Below, piece by piece: positions 1 to 9,830 of a stretch of 47,417 bases of DNA. A model generated the notes under the pieces. It made no database searches, was not told the origin of the DNA, and saw only the letters and a program-made list of their open reading frames with translations. The translations under genes were made by a program, and so were the position numbers. Every line of letters begins with the position of its first letter. The stretch's first letter is position 1. Location: NCBI GenBank assembly GCA_049320885.1, contig JBMORA010000061.1, positions 1 to 47,417 of the forward strand. Direction: 5' to 3'. The stretch comes from Thermodesulfobacteriota bacterium. Its GTDB lineage: Bacteria > Desulfobacterota > Desulfobacteria > Desulfobacterales > SURF-7.

Positions 1-89
1 AACGGATTGCAGGGCCACATCGCTGAATTGGAAGCAGGGAACGAGTATCGGATCAGACGTCCTTGCGCTGAAAACCCATGGAGGGCTAA

Positions 90-974
90 ATGCCGAATCG
101 GATGTTGATGATCGACACCGGTTGCGCGCCGACCAGAGAAATCGTCGCCAAATACAACCTGGATGTCATGAGTATCAAAATTGTCCTGGATGGAGAGGAA
201 TACTGGGATTGGAATACATTGGACACGGATACGTACTACGGCATGATTGACCGGATTGAAGAATTCCATACCCAGCCCCCGTCGCTATGGGATGTGTTCG
301 ATCGCTATGAGGAAATCCGCGATAAAGGATACGATGAACTGATCGATATCCATCTTTCCGCCAAGATGTCCGATACGGTGAAGATCTGCGACCGCGCAAG
401 GCAGATGGTCAAAGGACTGGATGTCACCGTCATCGATACCGGCAGCGTTTCCGCCGGCGCTTATTTCATTGCCGATAAAATTCTTTCCCTGCTGAACAGC
501 GGCAGGAACAGCCGGCATGTCATGGAATTGCTGCCGGAAATCCGGAAATCGACCTACATTCAGTTCTCCGTGCCGACCGTCAAGTACCTCGTGAAAAACG
601 GCCGGGTGGGAAGGGCCCAGGCATTCGCGGCCCTGGTCCTGAACATCAAGCCGATCCTGGGGGTCGAGAATGGCGAGGTGATTCCCATCTCAAAGGAACA
701 GGGCATCGACCGGGTGGTCTCCCGGATGGCGGAAAACGCCTACAAATTTTTGAAAAAACGGCCGCATCATACGAAAATATATTTCATGTACGGTTTTGAT
801 TCAACCAAACAGTACATGGAAATGATCCGGACCGCGTTCATGGAAAAACTCAAGGATCTGAATATCAAAGACATTGAGACGGTTTATGGGCGCGCAATGC
901 CCACCGTGGCCTGCCACAGCGGGCCCGAGGTTTTCGGCATCGCTGTTTATGGAGAACAAAAACCCATCGAATAG
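90..974 (+). CDS. DegV family fatty acid-binding protein
   Basis: 294 aa ORF with DegV-like motifs: IDTGC, TQPPS, IHLSAKMSDT, VIDTGSVSAG, YLVKNGRVG, LNIKPIL, CHSGP. Confidence 0.9.
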   Translation: MPNRMLMIDTGCAPTREIVAKYNLDVMSIKIVLDGEEYWDWNTLDTDTYYGMIDRIEEFHTQPPSLWDVFDRYEEIRDKGYDELIDIHLSAKMSDTVKICDRARQMVKGLDVTVIDTGSVSAGAYFIADKILSLLNSGRNSRHVMELLPEIRKSTYIQFSVPTVKYLVKNGRVGRAQAFAALVLNIKPILGVENGEVIPISKEQGIDRVVSRMAENAYKFLKKRPHHTKIYFMYGFDSTKQYMEMIRTAFMEKLKDLNIKDIETVYGRAMPTVACHSGPEVFGIAVYGEQKPIE

Positions 975-1013
975 GGCGGAAATGGCACGAAAGCGAAAAA
1001 AGGGAGTGGACGC

Positions 1014-1919
1014 ATGATGAAATGGGTGAGCAATCGTCTGGGCATACGGGTCGCCCTCCTGGTTATTGTCTTTTTATCCGTCATGGTGGCCGGCGGCATC
1101 GGATATCTGTATCGGCTTCAATCCGGGTTCCTTCATCAACAAATGATCGGGGAAGGCAAGACCCTTTCCATGATCGGCGCCAACAGCATCGCCATGACCA
1201 TCGAGGAAGCCGTCGACAACAACCTCCTTTCCATCGAGGATGTTTTTGATAGGCAATACGAAATCATTCCGGGTTTCAGTCCGCCGAAATATCACACCAG
1301 ATATGATGCCTACCTGGACAAGACCATCCTGAAATTTCAAGATGAATTCCTGGAAAATCCGGCGGTGCTCTATGCCGTGGCGATGGATGTCAACGGGTAT
1401 ATTCCGACTCACAACACCCGCCATCGGCAGCCGGTTGCGGACGATGGGCGCAACGGCCCGCCGGCGGACCGTACCAAACACATTTTTGCGGACGATCATT
1501 CCGCAAGGGCAGCGAAAAACCAGACCAAAGGGTTTGTCCAGACCTTTCGCAATGAACTAGGACAAACGGTATTGGATATCTCCTCGCCGATTTTTGTCAA
1601 AGGAAAGCACTGGGGCTGTTTCAAAGTCGGGATGACCTCGGCGGCCACGGCCATTGGCGGAACCGCCATCTTGCGTTCCCTGGTAATCGGCGGGCTCATT
1701 TTCCTGGTGTTCTCCGGTACGGTGATCGCACTCATCGTCAACCGGTCGCTGAAGCCCCTGGTTGTATTTTCCAAAATGGCCGCTGATCTGGCGGACGGTG
1801 ACGTGGATCAAAAAATTGTGTTCAACCGGAAGGATGAGATCGGCAAGGTCGCCGAGGCCCTCGAGCGGCTGCGAATCAGCCTGAAGGCAGCGATAGATCG
1901 ACTGATGAGACGCCGCTGA
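1014..1919 (+). CDS. Membrane sensor with extracytoplasmic Cache-like domain and C-terminal HAMP, no output domain
   Basis: Two hydrophobic segments flank a domain with PPKYHTRYD/YIPTHN/KGKHWG (seen in MCP-associated sensors); HAMP motif DLADGDVDQKIVFNRKDEIGKVAEALERL; protein ends right after it. Confidence 0.75.
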   Translation: MMKWVSNRLGIRVALLVIVFLSVMVAGGIGYLYRLQSGFLHQQMIGEGKTLSMIGANSIAMTIEEAVDNNLLSIEDVFDRQYEIIPGFSPPKYHTRYDAYLDKTILKFQDEFLENPAVLYAVAMDVNGYIPTHNTRHRQPVADDGRNGPPADRTKHIFADDHSARAAKNQTKGFVQTFRNELGQTVLDISSPIFVKGKHWGCFKVGMTSAATAIGGTAILRSLVIGGLIFLVFSGTVIALIVNRSLKPLVVFSKMAADLADGDVDQKIVFNRKDEIGKVAEALERLRISLKAAIDRLMRRR

Positions 1920-1921
1920 CC

Positions 1922-2764
1922 CTATGAATTTTCCCTTGAATGGAGAGCTTCCAGAAATTGATTGCTTTCGCTGAGGGCCGTGGCGCAGAAATCACCTAGA
2001 AAATCCCTGATTTCCTCCAGATAGGCCATCCGATCCCCGGCAGGATGGCCGAACAGCTGGGTCCTCGATTCATCCAAAACGGCAAAAAACGTTTCCAGTA
2101 TGGCGTGAATGTTTTTGTTTTGATTGATAAGGCTTGAAAACAGCTCCAGGTCTTGGGCAAACAGCCGTCCGATCAGATCCAGATTCAAACGGAATAACGG
2201 CGTGGCGAACTTCAGGGATTTTCCGGGATGGATTTCCAGTTTCATCAGGGTGCGACCCATGCAGATGGTGATGAAATGGGTGAGGCCCTGCACAACCGCC
2301 ATGTGCTGATCATGCTCGGCGGGATCCATGCGGGTGACCGCCGCCCCCTCCCGGGAAAATATCGTCTCGCACCACTGGATCCAATCCCGGCCCCGGACCG
2401 GACAGATCACGATATTCTGTCCCTTGAAAGAGGAAGTGAAAGGCCCGAAGAGCGGATGGGAACCGATCACCTGGGCGGATGAATGGGAAAGCATGGCCTT
2501 GACAATCAGTTCTTTCAGGGAACAGAAATCCATCAGGAGCTGATCTTCCTTCAGCAGCGGACCGATTTCGGCGACAATGGAAACCGCGGCTTCCAGGGGG
2601 GTGCTGAGGATGACCACGTTGCTTTGGCGGGCGAGTTCCGCATAGGTCAAATCCGTCTTGCGGCCGGCGATCAATACCCGCTGGCCGCCGCGCTTGAAAA
2701 AATTTTCGAACAGTCGGCCCATTCCGCCTGTGCCGCCGATAATGCCGATGGTGACCGGTTTCAA
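1922..2764 (-). CDS. tyrA: Prephenate/arogenate dehydrogenase
   Basis: Rossmann motif IGIIGGTGGMG, DFCSLK, HPLFGP, EHDQHMAVVQGLTH; start placed at the TTG overlapping the aroC stop rather than the longer ORF start at 2824. Confidence 0.9.
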   Translation of the reverse strand: MKPVTIGIIGGTGGMGRLFENFFKRGGQRVLIAGRKTDLTYAELARQSNVVILSTPLEAAVSIVAEIGPLLKEDQLLMDFCSLKELIVKAMLSHSSAQVIGSHPLFGPFTSSFKGQNIVICPVRGRDWIQWCETIFSREGAAVTRMDPAEHDQHMAVVQGLTHFITICMGRTLMKLEIHPGKSLKFATPLFRLNLDLIGRLFAQDLELFSSLINQNKNIHAILETFFAVLDESRTQLFGHPAGDRMAYLEEIRDFLGDFCATALSESNQFLEALHSRENS

Positions 2765-3813
2765 GAAATCGCCTCCTGGCGCAACAGGTGATCGGCAAGG
2801 ACCAGTGCAACCATTGCCTCGCAAACGACATTGATCCGCGGAATGGCGGAAATGTCATGACGGCCTTTGATGGATATCCGGCGGGGTGATCCGGAGGAAT
2901 CGATGGTCCATTGCTCCCGGCTGATGGAAGGAATGGGCTTCACCGCCACCCGTGCGATGATGGTGTCCCCGCTGGAGATTCCGGCAAGAATTCCTCCGGC
3001 GTTGTTGCTGCCGAATCCGTCCGGCAGGATGGTATCGTTGTTCCGGGAGCCGAGCAGGCCGGCTGCCTGAAAGCCGGCCCCGATTTCAATTCCCTTGACG
3101 GCGCCAATGCTCATCAGGGCTTTGGCAAGATCGGCATCCAGCTTGTCGAATACGGGTTCGCCCAATCCGGGGGGAACACCTTCGGCCCGGATCTCGACGA
3201 CGCCGCCGATGGTGTCGCCCTCTTTGCGGACCGCGAGAACGCGTTCCTCCAATTTGGCCACGACCTCCATATCGGCGCAGCCATAGGGGTTCTGATTCAC
3301 CACCTCCAGATCGCTGACCGGGACCTGGATGCCGCCGAGTTCCGTGGTGTAGGCCAGCACCCGGATGCCGGACCTGGCAAGCACGGCCTTGGCGACGGCA
3401 CCGGCCGCCACGCGGCCCACGGTTTCCCGGGCCGAGGCCCGCCCCCCGCCGCGCCAGTCCCGCAAGCCGTATTTGGCCTGGTAGGTGATGTCGCCATGAC
3501 CGGGTCGATACACATCCGCATAGGGGAGATAGGCGGAGGAGTCCGCGTCCTGATTGGCGATCGAGATCATGATCGGCGTGCCGGTTGTCAGGCCGTCGAA
3601 TACCCCTGAAGAAATCATCGCCCGGTCCGGCTCCTTGCGTTTGGTGCTGGCGCTGGAAACGCCAGGACGGCGACGGTCCAGCATCTCCTGAATGACGCTT
3701 TCGTTCATGGGGATGCGGGGAGGGCAGCCGTCGACGATGACCCCGACTCCCTTGCCATGGGATTCCCCCCAGGTGGTAATCCGGAACAGCACCCCGAAGC
3801 TATTGCCTGACAT
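2761..3813 (-). CDS. aroC: Chorismate synthase
   Basis: [52 protein letters not shown] motifs. Confidence 0.97.
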   Translation of the reverse strand: MSGNSFGVLFRITTWGESHGKGVGVIVDGCPPRIPMNESVIQEMLDRRRPGVSSASTKRKEPDRAMISSGVFDGLTTGTPIMISIANQDADSSAYLPYADVYRPGHGDITYQAKYGLRDWRGGGRASARETVGRVAAGAVAKAVLARSGIRVLAYTTELGGIQVPVSDLEVVNQNPYGCADMEVVAKLEERVLAVRKEGDTIGGVVEIRAEGVPPGLGEPVFDKLDADLAKALMSIGAVKGIEIGAGFQAAGLLGSRNNDTILPDGFGSNNAGGILAGISSGDTIIARVAVKPIPSISREQWTIDSSGSPRRISIKGRHDISAIPRINVVCEAMVALVLADHLLRQEAIS

Positions 3814-3831
3814 ACCTCTCCCTTCCTTGCG

Positions 3832-4371
3832 TTAGGTCACGTCCGTCCTTGTCCAATCGGTTTTCAGCCAGTCCAGTATGCGCTGGCCGACCTGCTCCAC
3901 GGGGATGGCGTCCGTATCCACGCCGAAATCCATGGCGCCTTCATACAGCGGTATTCTGGTTACGAGGGTGGCGACAATTTCGTCAAACTGGTTCTTGTCG
4001 GTAAGAGCGGGCCGGAACTCGGCGCTGCTGTTGTCCCCCACCAACCGGCGGTGAATGGTTTCCGGTTCAGCGCGCAGCCATATGAGCCGGCCGCTGTGTT
4101 TCATGAGCGCGATGTTTTCCGCATCCAAAACGACTCCGCCACCGGTGGCGATCACCAGCCGATCCATTTGGCCGATGCGTTTCAGGACTTCTTTTTCCAA
4201 TTTTCGAAAAAACGGCCAGCCCCGGGTTGCGACGATCTCCGCGATGGTCCGCCCCTGTTCCCGAACCAGTTCCTCATCCGCGTCCAGGTACGACCAGCCC
4301 AGACGTTGGCCGAGCAAGGCCCCCACGGTGGTCTTTCCGGTGCATCGGTATCCGATCAGATAGATATTCAT
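3832..4371 (-). CDS. aroK: Shikimate kinase
   Basis: Walker A GYRCTGKTT, DADEE, FRKLE, IATGGGVV; inside the aro operon. Confidence 0.93.
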   Translation of the reverse strand: MNIYLIGYRCTGKTTVGALLGQRLGWSYLDADEELVREQGRTIAEIVATRGWPFFRKLEKEVLKRIGQMDRLVIATGGGVVLDAENIALMKHSGRLIWLRAEPETIHRRLVGDNSSAEFRPALTDKNQFDEIVATLVTRIPLYEGAMDFGVDTDAIPVEQVGQRILDWLKTDWTRTDVT

Positions 4372-4388
4372 CGATACTCACGTTTTTC

Positions 4389-5648
4389 TTATGCGTACAA
4401 TTTTCCAAAGACTTCCCAGAAATCGGGAAACGATTTCTCCACGCACATTTCATCCAGAATCCGGATTCCGGGCGTAACGAGTCCGGCCAGCGCAAAACTC
4501 ATGGCCATCCGGTGGTCATGATAGGTTTCAATTTCCGCGCTGCGCGGGCGGCCGCCTTGGATGACCAGGCCGCTTTCCGTGGCGCTTGCCTGGATGCCCA
4601 TCTTCAGGAGTTCGCATGCAACCGATCCCAGACGGTCGCTCTCCTTCTCTTTCAGGTGGGCCACATTTGTAATGACCGTCTTCCCTTCGGCAAAAGCCGC
4701 CACCACGGCCAATGTGGGGACAACATCGGGCATATCGGCCATGTCGACTTCGATGCCCGAAAGACTCCGGCCGGTGACCACGATGCCGTCCTTCTCGTAA
4801 TCGATCCGGCAGCCCATTTTTTCCAGAACCGTAACAAAACGGACATCCCCCTGGCAGGAGGACAAGGTGATTCCCCTTACCTTGATGCTGGCGCCGGTGA
4901 TGGCGGCGGCGGCCCAGAAATATCCGGCATGCGAGGCGTCCGGTTCCACCATGTAGTCGCCATGGCGATAACAACCACCGCCGGTCACTTGATAGCGGAT
5001 ATCACCTTCCCGTTTTACCTCCACCCCTAAACGGGACATGATGTCGATGGTCATGTCGATGTATGGTCTGGAAACCGGTCCCCGGGTGACGGTGATGTCC
5101 AGTCCCTTTCGGGTATAGGGTCCGATGAGCAACAGGGCCGACAGGTATTGACTGCTGACATGGCATTGAATGGCAACCGTTCCGCCGGATACTGTTCCGC
5201 CGTGGATTTCCACCGGAGGGCATCCGGTTCCATGAATGGATCGCGCCAAGACGCCGATCTGCGCCATGGCTTCCAGCAAATCCTGGATCGGCCGTTCTTC
5301 CATCCGTTTCGTGCCGGTGAGGGTGCAAACCCCGCTGCCCAGGGCGGCGACGGCGGTCAGGAGACGCATGGAGGTACCGGAATTGGCGAGATATATCTCC
5401 GGTTCGGAATGCCGCAGGCAGCCGTTGGTTCCCCGGACCTTCAATAGGGAGGAGGTTTCCTCGATGACCACTCCCATTTTCCGCAGGGCGTTCAAGGTCA
5501 GCAACGTGTCTTCGCTTCTCAGTATATTATCCACGGAACAGGGGCCGTCGGACAATGCCGTCGCGATCAGCAAGCGATGGGTGTAACTTTTTGATCCCGG
5601 CACGGACACGGTGGCGTTCCGGATTTTCTGGGTTTTGATTTCCATCAC
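4389..5648 (-). CDS. aroA: 3-phosphoshikimate 1-carboxyvinyltransferase (EPSP synthase)
   Basis: PGSKSYTHR, NSGTSMR, SSQYLSALL, KESDR, DHRMAMSF, KSFPDFW. Confidence 0.97.
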   Translation of the reverse strand: MMEIKTQKIRNATVSVPGSKSYTHRLLIATALSDGPCSVDNILRSEDTLLTLNALRKMGVVIEETSSLLKVRGTNGCLRHSEPEIYLANSGTSMRLLTAVAALGSGVCTLTGTKRMEERPIQDLLEAMAQIGVLARSIHGTGCPPVEIHGGTVSGGTVAIQCHVSSQYLSALLLIGPYTRKGLDITVTRGPVSRPYIDMTIDIMSRLGVEVKREGDIRYQVTGGGCYRHGDYMVEPDASHAGYFWAAAAITGASIKVRGITLSSCQGDVRFVTVLEKMGCRIDYEKDGIVVTGRSLSGIEVDMADMPDVVPTLAVVAAFAEGKTVITNVAHLKEKESDRLGSVACELLKMGIQASATESGLVIQGGRPRSAEIETYHDHRMAMSFALAGLVTPGIRILDEMCVEKSFPDFWEVFGKLYA

Positions 5649-5660
5649 GATTCATTCCCG

Positions 5661-6485
5661 TTATCGGCCCAGGGCCTCTAAAACCGTCTCGCGCATCAGG
5701 GAAACCGGCGCCGTCCGACCGGTCCACATTTCAAACTGGGCAGCGCCCTGATACACGAACATGTTGGCGCCGTCAACCACGAGGCAGCCTTTTTTTTGTG
5801 CTTCCATGAGAAGTCTTGTATTCAGGGGATTGTAAATGATATCCATGACGACTTTTTCCGGACGGAGGTCCTCCGCCCTGACCGGCATGTCCGCGACATC
5901 CGGCGACATTCCCACCGGGGTTGAATTGATCAGGATATCGTAATCGAGACCATGAAATTCGCTGAGGTGGTGGTATGCCACCCCCAACTCGCCGGCCAGA
6001 TTCCGGCCTTCGTCTTCCAGGATATTGACGATGCGCAGGAGGCCTCCCTGGGATTGAATGCCGTAACCGATAGCCCTGGCGGCGCCGCCGGCTCCCAGGA
6101 GGAGAACTTTTTTACCGTCGATGGCGGTTTTTTCCCGCAATGCATGGATCGCCCCCAGACAATCCGTGTTATAGCCGCACAGAATTCCGTTCCGGTTCAC
6201 GACGGTATTCACGGCGCCGATTTTCGCGGCCATGTCGTCGATTCGGTCAATATATTTCATGACGTTGATTTTATGTGGAATCGTGACACTGAATCCACCG
6301 ATGCCCAGGGAGCGCATTCCGGCAATGGCGGCAGCCACATCCGTGACCTGAAAGGCAAGATAGGCGCCGTTAAAGCCGGTTTCCGCAAAGGCCCGGTTGT
6401 GCATGATCGGGCTCATGCTGTGGGAGACCGGATCGCCGATAACGCCGAAAAGGGTTGTCTTGGTATTGAATTGGAGTGGGTTCAT
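5661..6485 (-). CDS. aroE: Shikimate dehydrogenase
   Basis: GDPVSHSMSP, SVTIPHK, IGAVNT, GYNTD, GAGGAARA, DIIYNP, MFVYQGAAQF; start set at MNPLQF (6485) because the longer ORF overlaps pheA. Confidence 0.95.
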   Translation of the reverse strand: MNPLQFNTKTTLFGVIGDPVSHSMSPIMHNRAFAETGFNGAYLAFQVTDVAAAIAGMRSLGIGGFSVTIPHKINVMKYIDRIDDMAAKIGAVNTVVNRNGILCGYNTDCLGAIHALREKTAIDGKKVLLLGAGGAARAIGYGIQSQGGLLRIVNILEDEGRNLAGELGVAYHHLSEFHGLDYDILINSTPVGMSPDVADMPVRAEDLRPEKVVMDIIYNPLNTRLLMEAQKKGCLVVDGANMFVYQGAAQFEMWTGRTAPVSLMRETVLEALGR

Positions 6486-6565
6486 GTTTTCTCTTTTCCG
6501 TGATCTCCTGTTTTTCCCGGTATTCCGTCGGGATTGGTACACCTGTCTCCGGTCTGTTGCGGCCG

Positions 6566-7681
6566 TCAACCGTTGTCCGTCAACACGGCCTGGGGATAGG
6601 ACCCCAGGATCTTTAAAAACAGACAAATTTGTTGCATGCGGGTAACGGTTTCCCGGACGTCCCGGTCTTCCATGTGGCCTTCCAGATCCACGAAAAAGAA
6701 ATAACTCCAGTTTTTGTGCTTGGAAGGCCTGGATTCGAGTTTCATCATGTTGATGCCGGCCTCGGCGATGGGTTGCAATACCTTGTACAGGGCACCGGGA
6801 ATGTGAGGTGCGGAGAACATGATGGATGTTTTGTCCCGTCCGGTCCGGCAGGGATTCTCTTTGCCGATGATGAGAAACCGGGTCGTATTTTTTACGAAAT
6901 CTTCTATCCTGGATGCTACTACCTGAAGGTTGTAGATTCTGGCCGCTTCCGCGCCGGCGATGGCCGCCGCGTTATCCATTTCAGCGGCCTTTTTGGCCGC
7001 GGCGGAGGTGCTGCTGCACTCCTCGAGCGGGACATGGGGAAGATTCTTGCGCAGCCATTTCCGGCATTGGCCGAACGGTTGCGGATGAGAATACACAATC
7101 CGGATGTCTTCGATGTCCCCGCTTTGGGACAACAGGTCATGGGAAATGGTCATATAGTTTTCGGCGCAGATTTTCAGGTCAGACTCAAAAAACAGATCCA
7201 GGGTGTAATTCACCGATCCTTCTATGGAGTTTTCCACCGGCACCACCCCGTACTGGGAAAGACCTTTCTCCACATCGAAAAAAACATCCTGGATGCTGGT
7301 CTGGGGAACAAAGGACGCGGATCTGCCGAAATGATTCATGGCGGCGATATGCGTGAAGGTCGCTTCGGGTCCCAGATAGACGATCCGTTGGGGCAGCTGC
7401 ATTTCCCGGCAGGCGCTGATTATGTCTGTAAAAATCGCGACGACATGCTTCGGATTCAACAGGCCGGTGCTTTGGGCGCATAGCCGGTTGAGGATGAGCG
7501 ATTCCCGATCCAGCCTGGGGCAGGCACTCCGGCTTTCCCGCTTGATATCACCGATTCGTTTCGCCAGCAGCAGGCGCTGGTGGATCAGCGCGAGAATCCG
7601 ATCGTCGACGCCGTCGATGGAACGGCGCAACGCTTCCAGCTCTTCCTTTCCCGGGTCGTTGCAGGGTGATGCGTCATTCAT
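6566..7681 (-). CDS. pheA: Bifunctional chorismate mutase / prephenate dehydratase with ACT domain
   Basis: N-terminal LRRSIDGVDDRIL (CM), YLGPEATFTH, VPVENSIEGSV, SHPQ, NTTRF, ESRP, YFFFVD, LGSYP. Confidence 0.96.
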   Translation of the reverse strand: MNDASPCNDPGKEELEALRRSIDGVDDRILALIHQRLLLAKRIGDIKRESRSACPRLDRESLILNRLCAQSTGLLNPKHVVAIFTDIISACREMQLPQRIVYLGPEATFTHIAAMNHFGRSASFVPQTSIQDVFFDVEKGLSQYGVVPVENSIEGSVNYTLDLFFESDLKICAENYMTISHDLLSQSGDIEDIRIVYSHPQPFGQCRKWLRKNLPHVPLEECSSTSAAAKKAAEMDNAAAIAGAEAARIYNLQVVASRIEDFVKNTTRFLIIGKENPCRTGRDKTSIMFSAPHIPGALYKVLQPIAEAGINMMKLESRPSKHKNWSYFFFVDLEGHMEDRDVRETVTRMQQICLFLKILGSYPQAVLTDNG

Positions 7682-7689
7682 GGGCGGTC

Positions 7690-8682
7690 CTATTTTTCCA
7701 GAATGGTTTCATCGATTTTATGTCCGAAATGCCGGCCCCCGGCTTCCACCGCCACCAGGACCTTGTCTCCCGGTTTCAGATCGACCACGGATGCGGGATG
7801 GCCATCCGGCGTGGTCAGGCGGATGGTTTCCGCGTTCTGCAGGATCGTGGTGATGATTTCCTGACCTGCCTTGGCCGTAATCAACATCATGGGCCGCTTT
7901 TCGATTTTCAGCCGGCCCACGATTCCCGTGGTGGTGCGGCCCTTGTAATCGACGATCTGGATGGGATCGCCCGCGGCAAGTTCCGAGAGGTAGCGGGTTT
8001 TTCCTCCGGGAACCCGTGTGTAGGCGTGAACCGCTCCGGCATTGACCCGAAAGGGACGCGGCGCCACGTACGGATTGGAAATGCTTTCCGAATGCACCAG
8101 GAACAATGCCCGGCTGCTGTTTCCCACCAGCATCCCTTCTCCGATATTCATGGCGGTGCAGGTATCCACACATACCCGGTCGCCCATGCCCACCGGTTTG
8201 ACGGCCACGATCTCGCCGATTTCCAGCACCGTGGCGTCTTCGTTTTGCCGCAGGTTCGACAAGGCGGTATGAAGCCTTGCCGCATCCTGAATATCGATCA
8301 GGATATGGTTCACGCCTTTTTCCAGAATGCCGAAGGCCGTCCGGGCTTCCTCCAGGCTGCAAACCCGGGCGATTACATCGGCTTTTTTAGCGATGAGGTT
8401 TTCCAGTGGAATGATGGTCCAGTCGGTGCATTCCAGAACGACTTTTTTGGATTGGGTCAGTTTGACGATTTCATCCTCGTCGGCTCCGCTGTTGACGATG
8501 AAGAAGACGACATCGGTTCCCGGTTTCAGGTCGCCGTCTTCGGCAATGGTTTCGATTTTTCCCAGTTCCTTGACTTTTCCGGAAAAGCCCTTCGGCACTA
8601 CAATGCCGTCCGCACCCCCTTCCAGAGCGGTGGTAACCAGTTCCTTGTTCCAGGGATTGACGTTCACCCAGATTTTACGCAT
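7690..8682 (-). CDS. aroB': 3-dehydroquinate synthase II (archaeal-type)
   Basis: DWTIIPLENLIA, GDRVCVDTC, RPFRVNAGAVHAY, LQNAETIRL, GRHFG; start at MRKIWV. Confidence 0.93.
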   Translation of the reverse strand: MRKIWVNVNPWNKELVTTALEGGADGIVVPKGFSGKVKELGKIETIAEDGDLKPGTDVVFFIVNSGADEDEIVKLTQSKKVVLECTDWTIIPLENLIAKKADVIARVCSLEEARTAFGILEKGVNHILIDIQDAARLHTALSNLRQNEDATVLEIGEIVAVKPVGMGDRVCVDTCTAMNIGEGMLVGNSSRALFLVHSESISNPYVAPRPFRVNAGAVHAYTRVPGGKTRYLSELAAGDPIQIVDYKGRTTTGIVGRLKIEKRPMMLITAKAGQEIITTILQNAETIRLTTPDGHPASVVDLKPGDKVLVAVEAGGRHFGHKIDETILEK

Positions 8683-8742
8683 GCTTGCCTCATTCGGTTG
8701 ATGGTTGATGTTCTGCCGCGACGGCTGCAACTGAATCGGTTA

Positions 8743-9540
8743 TCACTGCAACATCTCCAGGGCTTCCTTGACACTCGCCCCCTCATGAACAATCGCCGAC
8801 ATCGCCTGGACCATGCGGGTGGGATTGTGATGCTGGAACACGTTTCTTCCGATGGATACACCGGCGCCGCCGGCATCGATGGAACCTTTGACCATTTCGA
8901 GAATGTCCTGGTCCGAATCCATTTTTTCGCCGCCGGCAATCACCACGGGGATTCCGCAGCCGGCAACTACTTCCCGGAATGTTTCCGGACTTCCGGTATA
9001 CGATACTTTCACGATGTCGGCGCCCATTTCATCACCCACCCGGGCCGCGTGCTTGATCACGTCCACATGATATTCATCCTTGATTTTTTCTCCCCGCGGA
9101 TAAATCATGGCGAGCAGGGGCATGCCCCAGGTGCGGGCCTCATAGCTCACCCGGCCGAAGTCCTGGAGCATTTCCTTTTCCTGGCCGTTTCCCAGATTGA
9201 CATGGATGGAAATGCCGTCCGCTCCCAGTTTGATGGCTTCCTCCACGGAACAAACCAGGGTTTTCGCGTGGGGGTAGGGGGAAAGGGTGGTGGAGGCCGA
9301 TAAATGAATGATCAGGCCGATGTCTTTTCCCTGTTTGCGATGGCCGCCGCCCACCAGACCTTTGTGTTCGACGATGGCGTTGGCGCCGCCTTCGGCCACT
9401 TTCTGCACGGCGGCCTTGATGTCGATGACGCCCGGAATCGGTCCCACGGATATGCCGTGATCCATGGGTACGATCACGGTCCTGCGGGTGTTTCGATTGA
9501 TGATGCGCTCCATTCTGATTTGCTTGCCGATGATGGTCAT
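8743..9540 (-). CDS. aroA': 2-amino-3,7-dideoxy-D-threo-hept-6-ulosonate synthase (DhnA-type class I aldolase family)
   Basis: [44 protein letters not shown]; directly upstream of DHQ synthase II. Confidence 0.9.
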   Translation of the reverse strand: MTIIGKQIRMERIINRNTRRTVIVPMDHGISVGPIPGVIDIKAAVQKVAEGGANAIVEHKGLVGGGHRKQGKDIGLIIHLSASTTLSPYPHAKTLVCSVEEAIKLGADGISIHVNLGNGQEKEMLQDFGRVSYEARTWGMPLLAMIYPRGEKIKDEYHVDVIKHAARVGDEMGADIVKVSYTGSPETFREVVAGCGIPVVIAGGEKMDSDQDILEMVKGSIDAGGAGVSIGRNVFQHHNPTRMVQAMSAIVHEGASVKEALEMLQ

Positions 9541-9610
9541 TGCTTCCCCTCCTGGTTCCTGTGATGTTCGATGACAGTTGTCCTCATGACGATGGTTGCC
9601 GAAGAACCCT

Positions 9611-9652
9611 GAAAAGGAAAAGGCCGCATGGTGTTTCTTCCCCGCGGCCTTT
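9611..9652 (-). terminator. Second intrinsic terminator-like hairpin in the aro operon leader
   Basis: Minus strand AAAGGCCGC...GCGGCCTTT stem (9644-9652 with 9619-9627) running into TTTTCCTTTT. Confidence 0.65.
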
Positions 9653-9659
9653 GCATATG

Positions 9660-9695
9660 AGAAAAGCCGTGAGGTTCGTTCTGCTCACGGCTTTT
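9660..9695 (-). terminator. Attenuator terminator (3:4 hairpin) of the aro operon
   Basis: Minus strand AAAAGCCGTGAG-CAGAACGAAC-CTCACGGCTTTT followed by CT; perfect 12-bp inverted repeat. Confidence 0.85.
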
Positions 9696-9726
9696 TCGCT
9701 TATTGTTTCATTTTTTGTTCGCGCAT

Positions 9727-9801
9727 TCAGCCAGGCAGACCGGTGCTATAATAGTACCAGAAGTAAAAGTAATAAAATCTGCCTGCAAACGCTTTCAACA
9801 T
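9727..9801 (-). CDS. Aromatic-amino-acid attenuator leader peptide MLKAFAGRFYYFYFWYYYSTGLPG
   Basis: Translated by hand (below the ORF track cutoff): 24 codons plus TGA with 10 consecutive F/Y/W codons, upstream of terminator hairpins and the aro operon. Confidence 0.9.
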   Translation of the reverse strand: MLKAFAGRFYYFYFWYYYSTGLPG

Positions 9802-9830
9802 GAAATCGGGTCCTCTCTGAATGTCATCTG

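Noticed and set aside
7666..9303. 545-aa plus-strand ORF (and similar long ORFs at 2911-3609, 4227-5030, 6629-7483)
   Set aside because: Antisense shadows of well-supported aro genes in GC-rich DNA; no recognisable motifs
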